Assembly: GCA_035528115.1 (NCBI GenBank)
Contig: DATKZF010000003.1
Location: 359,089-423,088, forward strand
Origin: Candidatus Bipolaricaulota bacterium
GTDB lineage: Bacteria > Patescibacteriota > Patescibacteriia > UBA11705 > DATKZF01
Direction of reading: 5' to 3'
DNA length: 64,000 bases
Below the pieces are notes generated by a model that was given only the letters and a program-made list of their open reading frames with translations, ran no database searches and was not told where the DNA came from. Of the stretch, positions 63,217 through 64,000 are shown in pieces (within the stretch, counting starts at the first letter, position 1; the number at the start of each line of letters is the position of its first letter). The position numbers were made by a program, and so were the translations under genes.

Positions 63217-63990
63217 TTATTTTATTTTCTTCAAATCCTTCAAAATCGCTTGATGGATTCTTTTATTTGACGCGACCATGTCTTTGCTTTTTACATTCCA
63301 TTCTTTGCCCGCAAAATCCGTAACTTTTCCTCCGGCTTCGCGCAAGATTAATACTCCGGCGGCCACATCCCATGGATGCGCGCCCGGAATCAAGATTGAA
63401 TCAGTTCTGCCAGAAGCGACATAGCAAAGCTCAAGGGAGGCGGAGCCGAGCTGTCTGATGAAGGAAGCTCGCAGTTTATAATAGCTGTAAATTTTAATGG
63501 CTTTTTTCCATGAATTGACGCCCGTGCCATGGCAATAAGTTAACAGCGCGTTGGAAATTTTATTTCTATTGGAAACTTTTAATTTTTTATTGTTCAAAAA
63601 TGCTCCTTTGCCCGGTTCGGCGACATAAAGTTCGTTGACCGCCGGCGCGTAGACAACGCCCAAAATAATTTTCCCCTGATGCGCCAAAGCGATTGAAACC
63701 GCGAATAGGGGATTGTGCATGAAAAAGTTGGTGGTGCCGTCGAGCGGGTCAATTATCCAAAGGTAATCGGATTTATTTTTCGATCTGCCGGTTTCTTCGG
63801 ACAAGATAGCATGATTGGGAAAATGTTTTTTGATGGCTTGCGCGATGATTTTGTTGGCGACCAAGTCGGCGGAGGTGACCAATTGATGTTTTGATTTGTA
63901 TTTGGCCGTAAATTTGTGGGAATTGTAAAGTTTTAATAATTCATTTCCCGCCGTTTTTATCGTTTGAAGGGCCATTGATTTGTGATTCAT
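63217..63990 (-). CDS. suhB: inositol monophosphatase family protein (SuhB-like)
   Basis: LWIIDPLDGTTNF and WDVAAGVLILREAGGKV motifs. Confidence 0.85.
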   Translation of the reverse strand: MNHKSMALQTIKTAGNELLKLYNSHKFTAKYKSKHQLVTSADLVANKIIAQAIKKHFPNHAILSEETGRSKNKSDYLWIIDPLDGTTNFFMHNPLFAVSIALAHQGKIILGVVYAPAVNELYVAEPGKGAFLNNKKLKVSNRNKISNALLTYCHGTGVNSWKKAIKIYSYYKLRASFIRQLGSASLELCYVASGRTDSILIPGAHPWDVAAGVLILREAGGKVTDFAGKEWNVKSKDMVASNKRIHQAILKDLKKIK

Positions 63991-64000
63991 ACGTTTTCCA

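Overview
This is an AT-rich, reduced bacterial chromosome segment (roughly 35-40% GC) with a CPR/Patescibacteria-like gene repertoire. It spans the replication origin: rpmH-rnpA-yidD lie on the minus strand and face dnaA-dnaN on the plus strand, with DnaA boxes and an AT-rich unwinding stretch. Recognisable housekeeping genes include ruvB, rnc, nusB, pnp, rpsO, xerC-like, lspA, a dksA-like gene, cspA, tsaC, suhB and nine tRNAs. There is also an extensive surface-glycan toolkit: two GT4 glycosyltransferases, four Wzy/O-antigen-ligase-like proteins (two with TPR tails), a Wzx-like flippase and a WbaP-like priming transferase. What makes the window unusual is how much of it is mosaic and repeat-laden. 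(1) A roughly 4 kb GC-rich (about 60% GC) integrative island at 30850-34965 is bounded by a tRNA-Ala/Lys/Arg cluster. It carries a large serine recombinase whose ORF runs into tRNA-Ala, a YbaK-like deacylase and a perfect 19-bp-arm palindrome. (2) A GC-rich minigene cluster (27600-29780) has near-consensus sigma70 promoters and a shared terminator repeat. It encodes a ZAS-motif anti-sigma-like protein behind an overlapping leader peptide, a sigma-70 region-4-like HTH protein, a tandem-repeat coiled-coil protein and a small membrane protein. Similar GC-rich orphan minigenes are scattered elsewhere. (3) At least six repeat families were seen: GC-rich multi-hairpin palindromic elements, MITE-like inverted-repeat elements bracketing two paralogous GIY-YIG nuclease genes, elements with 40-bp periodicity built on GTTACGAATTACAA that bracket a LysM-M23 peptidase and a ComM-like ATPase, GC-rich tRNA-adjacent repeats, CATG-rich gene-end motifs, and a triplicated CACGTG-core palindrome. 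All coordinates come from reading the sequence by eye and may be off by a few nucleotides. Product calls rest on remembered family motifs, not database searches.
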